64,000 nt of DNA, taken from assembly GCA_965195285.1 (NCBI GenBank), contig CBDAFS010000031.1, forward strand, positions 4,371 through 68,370. Reading direction: 5' to 3'. Position 1 is the stretch's first letter. The number at the start of each line of letters is the position of its first letter. Made by a program: the position numbers and the translations under genes. The stretch is from an uncultured Aminicenantes bacterium. Its GTDB lineage: Bacteria; Acidobacteriota; Aminicenantia; UBA2199. Under the pieces are notes generated by a model. That model was not told the origin of the DNA. It did not search any database and saw only the letters and a program-made list of their open reading frames with translations. Shown here piece by piece: positions 1 through 7,989 of the stretch.

Positions 1-1028
1 TATTCGGCCATCTGTTCTTTGTCATACAGATCATATCCGGTGGCGGTGATGATGGTTCCAACTTCCGCCTCGATGATCTCCGGCTGCATATCGTAATTGA
101 TGGCATTGGGTTCACAAACATCGGCGCATTTTCCGCAGGCAATTGGCACCAAACCCGGGCAGTTCTGAATATCCAGGGTATATGTGGCTGGAATGGCCTG
201 GGGAAAGGGAATGTAAATAGCCCGTCTCCCGGTTAATCCCAGATCAAACTCATTGGGAACCACAATCGGGCAAACCGTGGTGCATTCATCACACAGGGTG
301 CATTTTTCAGGGTCTACATAGGTGGGCTTTTTTAGGATTTTGACTTTAAAATTGCCCACATAACCGTTTACCTCCTGAACTTCGCTGTAAGTCAGAAGCT
401 TTATGTTCTTATGTTTGGAGACTTCCACCATTTTGGGTGTCAGGATACACTGGGAGCAATCCAGGGTGGGGAATGTTTCCGACAACTGAATCATATGACC
501 TCCGATGGAGGGAGATCTTTCCACCAGAATCACTTCAAAGCCGCTGTTGGCCAGATCCAGGGCAGACTGAATCCCGGCAATGCCCCCCCCGATGACTAAT
601 GCCCGCCTGGTAACCGGAATACTGACCGGTTCCAGGGGTTCGTTTCTCAGAATCCGCTCGACCGTGCTTTTAGTGATCTTGATGGCTTTTTCGGTGGCTT
701 TCTCGGTATCGGAATGAACCCAGGAGCACTGTTCCCGGATATTGCCGATTTCGCACATGAAGGGATTGATACCGGCTGACTTGCAGGCGTTTCTAAAGGT
801 GGTCTCGTGCAGGGTGGGAGAACAGCAGGAAATGACTACCCGGTCCAGCTGTTTTTCCTTTACCGCATCGATTATTCTATTCTGACCCGGGTCCGAGCAC
901 ATATAGATATAGTCTTCGGAGTGTTCGACTCCTGGATATTTGGCTAATTCCTCGGCAACTTTTTTAACATCCACTGTTCCGGCAATATTGATTCCACAGT
1001 GGCAAATAAAGACTCCGGTTTTTTTCAT
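1..1028 (-). CDS. hdrA: Heterodisulfide reductase subunit A-like flavoprotein, N-terminal part only (gene runs off the left edge of the window)
   Basis: Own minus-strand translation from ATG 1028-1026 gives MKKTGVFICHCGINIAGTVDVKK. An FAD dinucleotide fold LVIGGGIAGIQSALDLANSG lies at c. 600-541. The frame is still open at nt 1 (..GTIITATGYDLYDKEQMAEY). ATGA start/stop overlap with the preceding gene. Confidence 0.85.
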   Translation of the reverse strand, partial: MKKTGVFICHCGINIAGTVDVKKVAEELAKYPGVEHSEDYIYMCSDPGQNRIIDAVKEKQLDRVVISCCSPTLHETTFRNACKSAGINPFMCEIGNIREQCSWVHSDTEKATEKAIKITKSTVERILRNEPLEPVSIPVTRRALVIGGGIAGIQSALDLANSGFEVILVERSPSIGGHMIQLSETFPTLDCSQCILTPKMVEVSKHKNIKLLTYSEVQEVNGYVGNFKVKILKKPTYVDPEKCTLCDECTTVCPIVVPNEFDLGLTGRRAIYIPFPQAIPATYTLDIQNCPGLVPIACGKCADVCEPNAINYDMQPEIIEAEVGTIITATGYDLYDKEQMAE

Positions 1029-1585
1029 TTTTTTCCTTTCTTTTCTTCCTTTTGTATCTCTTCTCCGTATTCATAGCCCTTGTTGAAGGCTTTGATGTTG
1101 AGATCCAGAAACCGTTCCGGTACTAGTCCGGGCAGGGCTTTTTTCATGGCCTCGGCCGATACGATTTTGGTTGTGGCGGTGAAGAATCCCAGCATCACCA
1201 GGTTGGCAATGATCCGGTTACCGAGCTGCTCGGCAAACCGGGTGGAGGGGATTGAATAGATTTTGATACCCGGATGCTGGTTTTTTAACTTGACCAGATC
1301 CTTGTCGACAATAAGAATCCCGTTTTTGCCCAGGTCCGGGCAATATTTTTCATAGGCTTCCTGGGATATGGCCACCAGGATCTGGGGGGAAATCAGGTAG
1401 GGATACAGGACCCGGTCTTCGGATACCACCAGCTGGGAGCTGCAGGCGCTGCCTCGCGCTTCGGGTCCGAAACTCTGGGTCATGGTGGCGTGTTTATTAT
1501 CGAACAGCGACAGGGCTTTTCCTGTAATCAAACCGCAGCGGATTACTCCCTGTCCGCCCAAACCGGAAAATCGGATATCAGTCAT
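1025..1585 (-). CDS. 2-oxoacid:ferredoxin oxidoreductase, gamma subunit
   Basis: ORF 1025..1642. Likely start is ATG 1585 (MTDIRFSGLGGQGVIRCG), with GGGAGG just upstream and an 8-nt overlap with the beta-subunit stop. GLGGQG motif and size fit OFOR gamma. The 2-oxoacid specificity (pyruvate, 2-oxoglutarate or 2-oxoisovalerate) is not decidable by eye. Confidence 0.85.
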   Translation of the reverse strand: MTDIRFSGLGGQGVIRCGLITGKALSLFDNKHATMTQSFGPEARGSACSSQLVVSEDRVLYPYLISPQILVAISQEAYEKYCPDLGKNGILIVDKDLVKLKNQHPGIKIYSIPSTRFAEQLGNRIIANLVMLGFFTATTKIVSAEAMKKALPGLVPERFLDLNIKAFNKGYEYGEEIQKEEKKGKK

Positions 1586-2453
1586 TGCACAACCTCCCGT
1601 AGAGTTGGTAATCATCGCCCAGAACCTTTCCCAGATGGGCATTCATGGCATCCAGAAAAGTGAGTTTTTCCTTTTCCACAAACTTTCCCACTATCAGTTC
1701 TCCCTGATAAGTAATATTCAGGTTTTTGGTGTCCGCATTGTGTTTGATCTCGGATTTATCATAGTAATATTTCATTAGATTCAGACCGTCTCCCAGCCGG
1801 TTTCTCCGGGCGTACAGGGTCACGCAGGGGGTGATGACCTCAATGAATGAAAAGCCCTTTCTTCCCAGGGCTTCCTGCATGGACTGGGTGACCCGTCTCA
1901 TGTGAAGCGCGGTCCAGCGGGCCACATAGGTGGCACCACTGGCTTCGGCCAGGTAAGGGAGGCTAAAAGAGCCCTCAAAATTTCCGTAAGGGGCGGTTGA
2001 GGCATTGGCGGTTTCCGGAGTGGTGGCTGCCACCTGACCTCCGGTCATGGCATAATTGAAATTATTCACGCAAATCACCACCAGATCCATGTTTCGTCTG
2101 GCCGCATGGATGAAATGATTGCCTCCGATTCCGACCAGGTCACCGTCCCCGCTGAATACCACTACTTTCATATCCGGATTGGCCAGTTTTAATCCGGTGG
2201 CATAGGGAATGGCCCGGCCGTGGGTGGTATGAAAAGAGTCCAGTTTGATATAACCGGCCACCCGGCCCGTACAGCCGATACCCGATACGACGGCAACCTT
2301 GTCAAGATCGATTTTGCTTTTTTTCAATGCTTCGGTGAATGAAGTAACCACGGTTCCGATCCCGCATCCCGGACACCAGATGTGGGGGATCCGGTCCATT
2401 CTGAGCAAATCTTCAATCGGATTTTTTTCTTCCGGGCGGTCTTCATTTTTCAT
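1578..2453 (-). CDS. 2-oxoacid:ferredoxin oxidoreductase, beta (TPP-binding) subunit
   Basis: 291-aa ORF with WCPGCGIG, GIGCTGR and FSGDGD..GGNH motifs typical of the TPP/Fe-S subunit. 4-nt overlap with the alpha-subunit stop. Confidence 0.9.
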   Translation of the reverse strand: MKNEDRPEEKNPIEDLLRMDRIPHIWCPGCGIGTVVTSFTEALKKSKIDLDKVAVVSGIGCTGRVAGYIKLDSFHTTHGRAIPYATGLKLANPDMKVVVFSGDGDLVGIGGNHFIHAARRNMDLVVICVNNFNYAMTGGQVAATTPETANASTAPYGNFEGSFSLPYLAEASGATYVARWTALHMRRVTQSMQEALGRKGFSFIEVITPCVTLYARRNRLGDGLNLMKYYYDKSEIKHNADTKNLNITYQGELIVGKFVEKEKLTFLDAMNAHLGKVLGDDYQLYGRLCND

Positions 2454-3616
2454 TTTGCAGCCTCCTGTATGGTCTTAAAGATATCATCCGGATCGTGAAC
2501 CCATCCGCCGCAGTGGGGTATCCCGATTACCCGGGTTTGGCCCTGGGCGCAACGCTCAACTTCGAGTACTATTTGGCCATAATTGATTTCCGGAACTACA
2601 AATGCCTTGATTTTTTTTGCCAGTTCTCTTATGCGCTTTTCAGGAAAGGGCCACACCGTTATCAATCTCAGGGTGCCCACTTTTAAACCGGCCTTTCGGG
2701 CCATCTGTACTGCCCGGATGGCGACTCGTGAGGTGATGCCATAAGAGATGACCACGATATCGGCATCTTCAATCTGATTTTCCTCTATTTTGATAATCTT
2801 GTCTGCATTTCCTCTGATCTTTTCAACCAGGTGGCGAACCACCACATCCTGGCATTCGGCATTGAGGACCGGATAACCGAGTTCATCCCGGGTCAATCCG
2901 GTGGTATGAAAGCGATACCCGTCTCCGGCTTTAACCAAAAAGGGGATACCATCCTTGTCCAGTTTATAGGGCTTGTATTCATCCTTGGGGCCCTTATACC
3001 ACTTTCGCTCCACCAGTTCGATTTTATCGGCCGGTGGAATTACCACTTTTTCATGCATGTGGCCGACACATTCATCGGTCATGATAAAGACCGGAACCCG
3101 GTAGGTTTCGGACAGGTTAAAGGCCTCGATGGTCAGATCGAAGCATTCCTGAGGTGAATCGGGAGACAGGGCAATAATTTCGTAATCACCGTGGGATCCC
3201 CATCTCGCCTGCATCATGTCCTGCTGTCCGGTTAGGGTGGGAAGGCCGGTGGACGGTCCGCCCCTCTGAACATTGGCAATGACCAGCGGTATTTCCTGCA
3301 TGCAGGCCAGTCCGATGTTTTCCATCATCAGGGAAAACCCGGGACCAGATGTTACGGTCATGACCTTTTGACCTCCCCAGACAGCTCCGATTAATGCCGC
3401 AATTGAGGCCAGTTCATCTTCCATCTGAATGAATACGCCGCCGACTTTGGGGATTCTTTCGGAAAACCGTTCCGCGGTTTCAGTGGAGGGAGTGATGGGA
3501 TATCCGGCAAAAAAACGGCAGCCGGCAGCCAGGGCACCTTCGGCAAGGGCAAAATCTCCATCCAGATAGTGAGCGCCGGTTAAAACTCCCTTAGGGTCTG
3601 CTTTCAACTTTTTCAC
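2450..3616 (-). CDS. 2-oxoacid:ferredoxin oxidoreductase, alpha subunit
   Basis: ORF open to 3706, but GTG at 3616 is preceded by AAGGAGG (VKKLKADPKGVLTGAHYLDGDFALAEG). The GYPITPSTE motif is diagnostic. The upstream extension overlaps the delta gene and is low-complexity. Confidence 0.85.
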   Translation of the reverse strand: MKKLKADPKGVLTGAHYLDGDFALAEGALAAGCRFFAGYPITPSTETAERFSERIPKVGGVFIQMEDELASIAALIGAVWGGQKVMTVTSGPGFSLMMENIGLACMQEIPLVIANVQRGGPSTGLPTLTGQQDMMQARWGSHGDYEIIALSPDSPQECFDLTIEAFNLSETYRVPVFIMTDECVGHMHEKVVIPPADKIELVERKWYKGPKDEYKPYKLDKDGIPFLVKAGDGYRFHTTGLTRDELGYPVLNAECQDVVVRHLVEKIRGNADKIIKIEENQIEDADIVVISYGITSRVAIRAVQMARKAGLKVGTLRLITVWPFPEKRIRELAKKIKAFVVPEINYGQIVLEVERCAQGQTRVIGIPHCGGWVHDPDDIFKTIQEAAK

Positions 3617-3872
3617 CTTTTTCCTCCTTTTTCTTGATTGTAACGAATATGGCAAATTCCGGGCAAATGGTTTCGCAGAGCTGGCAATAGCAGCACTCCT
3701 CTTCATTTTTTATATAGGGAGGGTGGTATCCCTTTGAATTAAATTCTTCAGAAAGTTCCAGCACATCTCTGGGGCAGTATTCCACACAGAAGCCACAACC
3801 TTTACATCGGTCCTTATTAATATGGATTTTACCTTTTGTTGGGTTGAGTTTACCGAAATAAATCATCTGCAC
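3591..3872 (-). CDS. 2-oxoacid:ferredoxin oxidoreductase, delta subunit (2x[4Fe-4S] ferredoxin)
   Basis: 93-aa ORF with two CxxCxxCxxxCP clusters (CKGCGFCVEYCP, CCYCQLCETICP). Start is GTG 3872 or ATG 3866. Lies 1 nt after the hdrB stop. Confidence 0.85.
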   Translation of the reverse strand: MQMIYFGKLNPTKGKIHINKDRCKGCGFCVEYCPRDVLELSEEFNSKGYHPPYIKNEEECCYCQLCETICPEFAIFVTIKKKEEKGEKVESRP

Positions 3873-3873
3873 C

Positions 3874-4752
3874 TCAAATTAATCCTTTTTCCTTTAAAAT
3901 TGGTTTTGGATCTATGTAATGTAAGTCAAACCGTAATACATCTTCCGGGCTGCCGAAGGCAATTGCCATCAGCTGGGTGAAGTATAGAACCGGGATGTGT
4001 TTGAATTCCGGAAACTGTTGAACCGTTTCTTTCTGACGGTGATCCAGATTAAAGGCACACAGGGGACAGCTGACCACCACCACATCGGCTTGGTTTTTTT
4101 GAACTGACTGAAGAATCTGGAAAGTTCTTTCTGCAACCATCTCTGGTTTGTCAACGGTTTGATAGGACCCGCAACACTCGGTTTTATAGGGAAAGTCAAC
4201 AGGAATCCCGCCGAGTAAACCGATGAGTTCTTCGATGATGGTGGGGTTTTCAACATCATCGATTCCGATTTCCTGAGGCCGAACCAGGTAACAACCGTAA
4301 TAACTGGCAACCTTCAGGTCGGTCAGCGGTTTGACCACTTTACTCTTGATATTTTCAAACTTCACTTCATCTTTCAGTAATTCCAGCAGGTGAAGCACCT
4401 CGACATCACCCTCATATTTGATTTTCTCCCGGTACATAAACTGATTTAACTTGTCCAGGCTTTCCGAATCATTTTTCATGAATTCATTGGCCCGTTTTAA
4501 GGTGTTGAAACACATGGCGCAGAGGGTCATGACCTTGTCGGAGTTGGCTTCCTTTACCCGTATCAGATTTCTTATGGGTGCGAGATGGTGCATTAAATCA
4601 TCGGTTGTCAGAGAAAATACAGTTCCACAGCAGTTCCACCGGGGCAATTCCTGGACTTCGACTCCCAGATGATTCAGGGCGAAAATAGCTGAACTTTCAA
4701 AGTTTTCTGCTTTATTCTTTAATGTACATCCCGGATAGTAAGTTAGTTTCAT
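3874..4752 (-). CDS. hdrB: Heterodisulfide reductase subunit B-like (two CCG domains)
   Basis: 292-aa ORF with duplicated CCG motifs (RWNCCGT, TECCGSYQ) and additional conserved Cys. Size is typical of HdrB. Confidence 0.8.
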   Translation of the reverse strand: MKLTYYPGCTLKNKAENFESSAIFALNHLGVEVQELPRWNCCGTVFSLTTDDLMHHLAPIRNLIRVKEANSDKVMTLCAMCFNTLKRANEFMKNDSESLDKLNQFMYREKIKYEGDVEVLHLLELLKDEVKFENIKSKVVKPLTDLKVASYYGCYLVRPQEIGIDDVENPTIIEELIGLLGGIPVDFPYKTECCGSYQTVDKPEMVAERTFQILQSVQKNQADVVVVSCPLCAFNLDHRQKETVQQFPEFKHIPVLYFTQLMAIAFGSPEDVLRFDLHYIDPKPILKEKGLI

Positions 4753-4812
4753 TTCAGATTCCTTACATTTCTTGAATTAAAAATGGATGGTTTTGAGTTC
4801 ATGATTCGCTTT

Positions 4813-5220
4813 CTATGAGGTGAATTTTCTAAAACAAGCGATTAAGGCAATCGGCGGTACTTCCCTTTTTTTCTCTTCGGATAAATCCTTTAGCTCAACA
4901 TGGTCTTTTCTCTTTCGCAACAGAATCTGTCTCACTGCTTCGATAACTTCAGCCACATTGATCCCTTTGGGGCAACGTGTATTGCAGGTCATACAGGAGG
5001 CGCATACCCAGATGGATTTTGATTTAAACAATTCGTTTTTTAATCCCAGCTGGGCCAGACGGATGATTTGATTGGGGAGAATATCCATCTGGGAAACAGC
5101 CGGGCAACCAGCCGAACATTTACCGCACTGGTAACAGGCCAGAAGATTCTGGCCGCTTAACTCCTCGACTTTAGCGACAAAATCGCTTTTGACTTTTTTT
5201 TTGGAGATATTGACTATCAT
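4813..5220 (-). CDS. hdrC: Heterodisulfide reductase subunit C-like (2x[4Fe-4S])
   Basis: 135-aa ORF with CYQCGKCSAGCP and CASCMTCNTRCP. Immediately upstream of hdrB on the same strand. Confidence 0.8.
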   Translation of the reverse strand: MIVNISKKKVKSDFVAKVEELSGQNLLACYQCGKCSAGCPAVSQMDILPNQIIRLAQLGLKNELFKSKSIWVCASCMTCNTRCPKGINVAEVIEAVRQILLRKRKDHVELKDLSEEKKREVPPIALIACFRKFTS

Positions 5221-5587
5221 TAGAATTCATTTTTTATGATAATTTATCCTAATATTTATTTGAAAGCTTTGTAAAAAAATGAGCCTGATGATTGATTTTC
5301 GTTTTTTATATTTAAAAAAATCCATCAAATACCCTGTCAATTTGGCAATTGAAAGGAGTTATGATAATACATATTACAGGTTTTGTCAAAGGAAAGTTAA
5401 TGGAAAATTTTTTTTTATTGGTTTTTATCCATTTTACTTTTATTCTTTTTTTTTATAGATTTTGTTGGGATTTCGGTTTGGAAAACATGATACTTTTGGC
5501 TATAATTAGATGAATTCCCGAGAGTCTTTGCTGGTCGTATATTAATGGATTAATTGTGAGCAAGGCAAAAAATATTCAGGAGAAAAG

Positions 5588-7075
5588 ATGAACACAACCG
5601 GCCCAAGAATATGCTTATTGATTGTTTTCCTGTTCATTCGTTTTGGATTGGCCGGGGAAGAGATGAAATTGGTGTTACCCATCAGGGTTATTGATAAGAT
5701 CCTTGAAACTGAAAAGGTGAATCCTCAAGATTTCAAACTCTTTATAAACGGCTCTTCAAGAGAGATTATCGATGTGATAAAAAAGGTTCATAAAATTAAA
5801 GGTGGATCAAATCTGGGTCGAAATTTTGTGCTTTCTTTTTATATCAGCGAATATGACAACAAGATATTTGATCTGATTTCATATTTTGTCCACCATTTAT
5901 TAAGCCCCAGAGACAGGTTGATCATTCTTTCCCCACTGAAGAGCTACCGTATAAAGGTCATTCCCAATAAAGTCAAATTGGTTATGGATATTGAAAATCG
6001 TCTAAAAACGGATTATGCATTTTTCAAAAAGAATGAGTTTGCCGCTGAGAAAAAATTGATAAATTCGATCAACAGACTCAAAACAGCCATGGCTGATCGA
6101 TCCAGGAGTTCGGATTTCGAGGTACAGCGGTACAAGGCGATCAACATGTTTCTTTATGAATATCCCCATGAATTCCAAATATATCGTAATTTGTATTTGC
6201 TCCCTCGTGTCGGGAAGTATAACCAGATATTAAAAACCTTGAAAAACCAGGATGGTGAGATATGGTGGATTCATTTTCATCAGCGGCAGACCGGCAACCT
6301 GATTCCCATCACCAAAAATATGGTCAATCAGATCAATAACTATTTCAGGGAATATGTGTCCACCTTCAGCCGTTTGATTTCACATCTCGAAGATCTCCTG
6401 AATATATCGGAAGCATTTCCAACAGACCCCCTTCTGAAGGATATGGTTGACAACAATGTCTGTTATAACACGGTTTATTTTGGAGGTCTGAAGAACATGC
6501 AGCCTGAAACCCTCTCCCGGGGATCATCGGGTTTGATAACATTATTGGGAGATATCTCCAGAAGCTGCGGAGGCAGGTCCATAATTAATATAAATCCAGA
6601 TGATGGGCTGAAGGTAATTGAGAACCACCCGAATACCTACTATGAATTGACATATAACTTCAACGGTCTGGTCGAACCCAAAACAATTAAGATTCACTGG
6701 GAAAACAAAAAAAACTTGGTCTATAAAACCCATTTTGATATTGAAGAAATCGAACAATTGATTCAGTATCACCAACATGAAAAAATTAAAATTGAAGGTT
6801 TTTCAATAAAGGGCAGGAAAATCAGGTTTTGTATAAAAAATTTTGAAAGGGAAGCAAAGACCAAGGTGGGTATAATTAAGGTTGGTATTGATCTTCAGCA
6901 TCAAAGTGGAATAAAGGTTTATGAAAACACAAAGACGTTGCGAGCCTTAAAAGAAAAGATCTCTCTTTCCCTTAATTTACCGGATGAATATGAGGGTAAT
7001 TTGAATCTCAAAATAACAGTCACGGATCTGATTGCCAACCGGCAGGCGGATTTTGAGTATCAGATCCTTCTATAA
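5588..7075 (+). CDS. Secreted hypothetical protein (no family recognised with confidence)
   Basis: 495-aa ORF. AGGAGA lies 4-5 nt upstream of the ATG. N-terminal signal-like segment RICLLIVFLFIRFGLAGEE. Visibly more AT-rich than neighbours. The N-terminal 'FKLFINGSSREIIDV' loosely recalls VWA-related secreted proteins, which is unverified. Confidence 0.65.
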   Translation: MNTTGPRICLLIVFLFIRFGLAGEEMKLVLPIRVIDKILETEKVNPQDFKLFINGSSREIIDVIKKVHKIKGGSNLGRNFVLSFYISEYDNKIFDLISYFVHHLLSPRDRLIILSPLKSYRIKVIPNKVKLVMDIENRLKTDYAFFKKNEFAAEKKLINSINRLKTAMADRSRSSDFEVQRYKAINMFLYEYPHEFQIYRNLYLLPRVGKYNQILKTLKNQDGEIWWIHFHQRQTGNLIPITKNMVNQINNYFREYVSTFSRLISHLEDLLNISEAFPTDPLLKDMVDNNVCYNTVYFGGLKNMQPETLSRGSSGLITLLGDISRSCGGRSIININPDDGLKVIENHPNTYYELTYNFNGLVEPKTIKIHWENKKNLVYKTHFDIEEIEQLIQYHQHEKIKIEGFSIKGRKIRFCIKNFEREAKTKVGIIKVGIDLQHQSGIKVYENTKTLRALKEKISLSLNLPDEYEGNLNLKITVTDLIANRQADFEYQILL

Positions 7076-7126
7076 AAACAGGAATTGTTTTTCTATTTTT
7101 ATTCGGAGTCAATGGGATAGGCTAAA

Positions 7127-7825
7127 TCAGCCAAAACCAGGGACATTGAATGCGGACTCTAACATTTTACTGGATCGTTTGTCTTCAGGATTAAGATCCA
7201 GGGCCTTTCGAAACATTTTGATGGATTTTGAAAATCGACCCGTCTTAAAATAAGCAACTCCCAGGTGATAGAGAACGGCCTCATCTTCGGCATTCATTTC
7301 AAGGACTTTTTCAAAGTGGGGAATGGCTTTGTCATATTTTTCGATGGAATTGTATATGGTTCCCAGATGGTAGTTGGCCACAATCGAGGTGTGGTGTTTT
7401 TTCAACAGTTTTTTAAATGAAGCAATGGACTGGTGACTGTCCCCTTTGTGGTAACTGGCCAGTCCCAGCCAGTAATGGGCCATGTTGAAATCCGGGTCCA
7501 GTTCTATGCATTTTTTCAGACAGTCACTGGCTTTCTTAAACTGAATTTGATGGTAGTAGCATACACCCAGATTGTAATAGGCATCGGGAAAGTCGGGTTT
7601 CAGCTCTATGGCCCGGGCCAGATTCTCGATGGACCCTTTTATATTGCCGATCTTGAACATCAGTTTACCGGTGATCCGGTATATATGGGGATTGGATTGA
7701 TTCATATCCATGTATTTGTGGCATGCCTTGATGGCTGCCATGATTTTTCCTTGAGAATTTAATTCATTGATGAGTTCTTCCAACTGGGACAGTACGGGAT
7801 CTTTCTTCGAATTTTTTTTCTCCAT
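7127..7825 (-). CDS. Tetratricopeptide-repeat protein
   Basis: 232-aa ORF with about six recognisable 34-residue TPR units (..AIELKPDFPDAYYNLGVCYY.., ..CIELDPDFNMAHYWLGLASY.., ..VLEMNAEDEAVLYHLGVAYF..). Confidence 0.85.
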   Translation of the reverse strand: MEKKNSKKDPVLSQLEELINELNSQGKIMAAIKACHKYMDMNQSNPHIYRITGKLMFKIGNIKGSIENLARAIELKPDFPDAYYNLGVCYYHQIQFKKASDCLKKCIELDPDFNMAHYWLGLASYHKGDSHQSIASFKKLLKKHHTSIVANYHLGTIYNSIEKYDKAIPHFEKVLEMNAEDEAVLYHLGVAYFKTGRFSKSIKMFRKALDLNPEDKRSSKMLESAFNVPGFG

Positions 7826-7989
7826 TTTTTTTCCTCGGGTGTTGGTTATTAACTAACATAGAGTGTGGTCAAAGTCAAATAACACTTTACAAATGACTGT
7901 TTTTTTTTTAAAATCTGAAATGATCTGTGACAGAAATCTATATATCATTCTGTCTCGCATCAAATCCATTCAGATGAACACGGGACATC

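Noticed and set aside
3617-3706. Upstream extension of the OFOR alpha ORF (MKRSAAIASS...RKRRKK)
   Set aside because: It overlaps the delta-subunit gene. GTG 3616 has a proper AAGGAGG RBS, and the conserved region starts there.
7074-7092. Hairpin AAAAACA-ggaat-TGTTTTT between convergent genes, as a possible bidirectional terminator
   Set aside because: The stem is entirely A/T and only 7 bp, too weak to call a terminator without folding energies.
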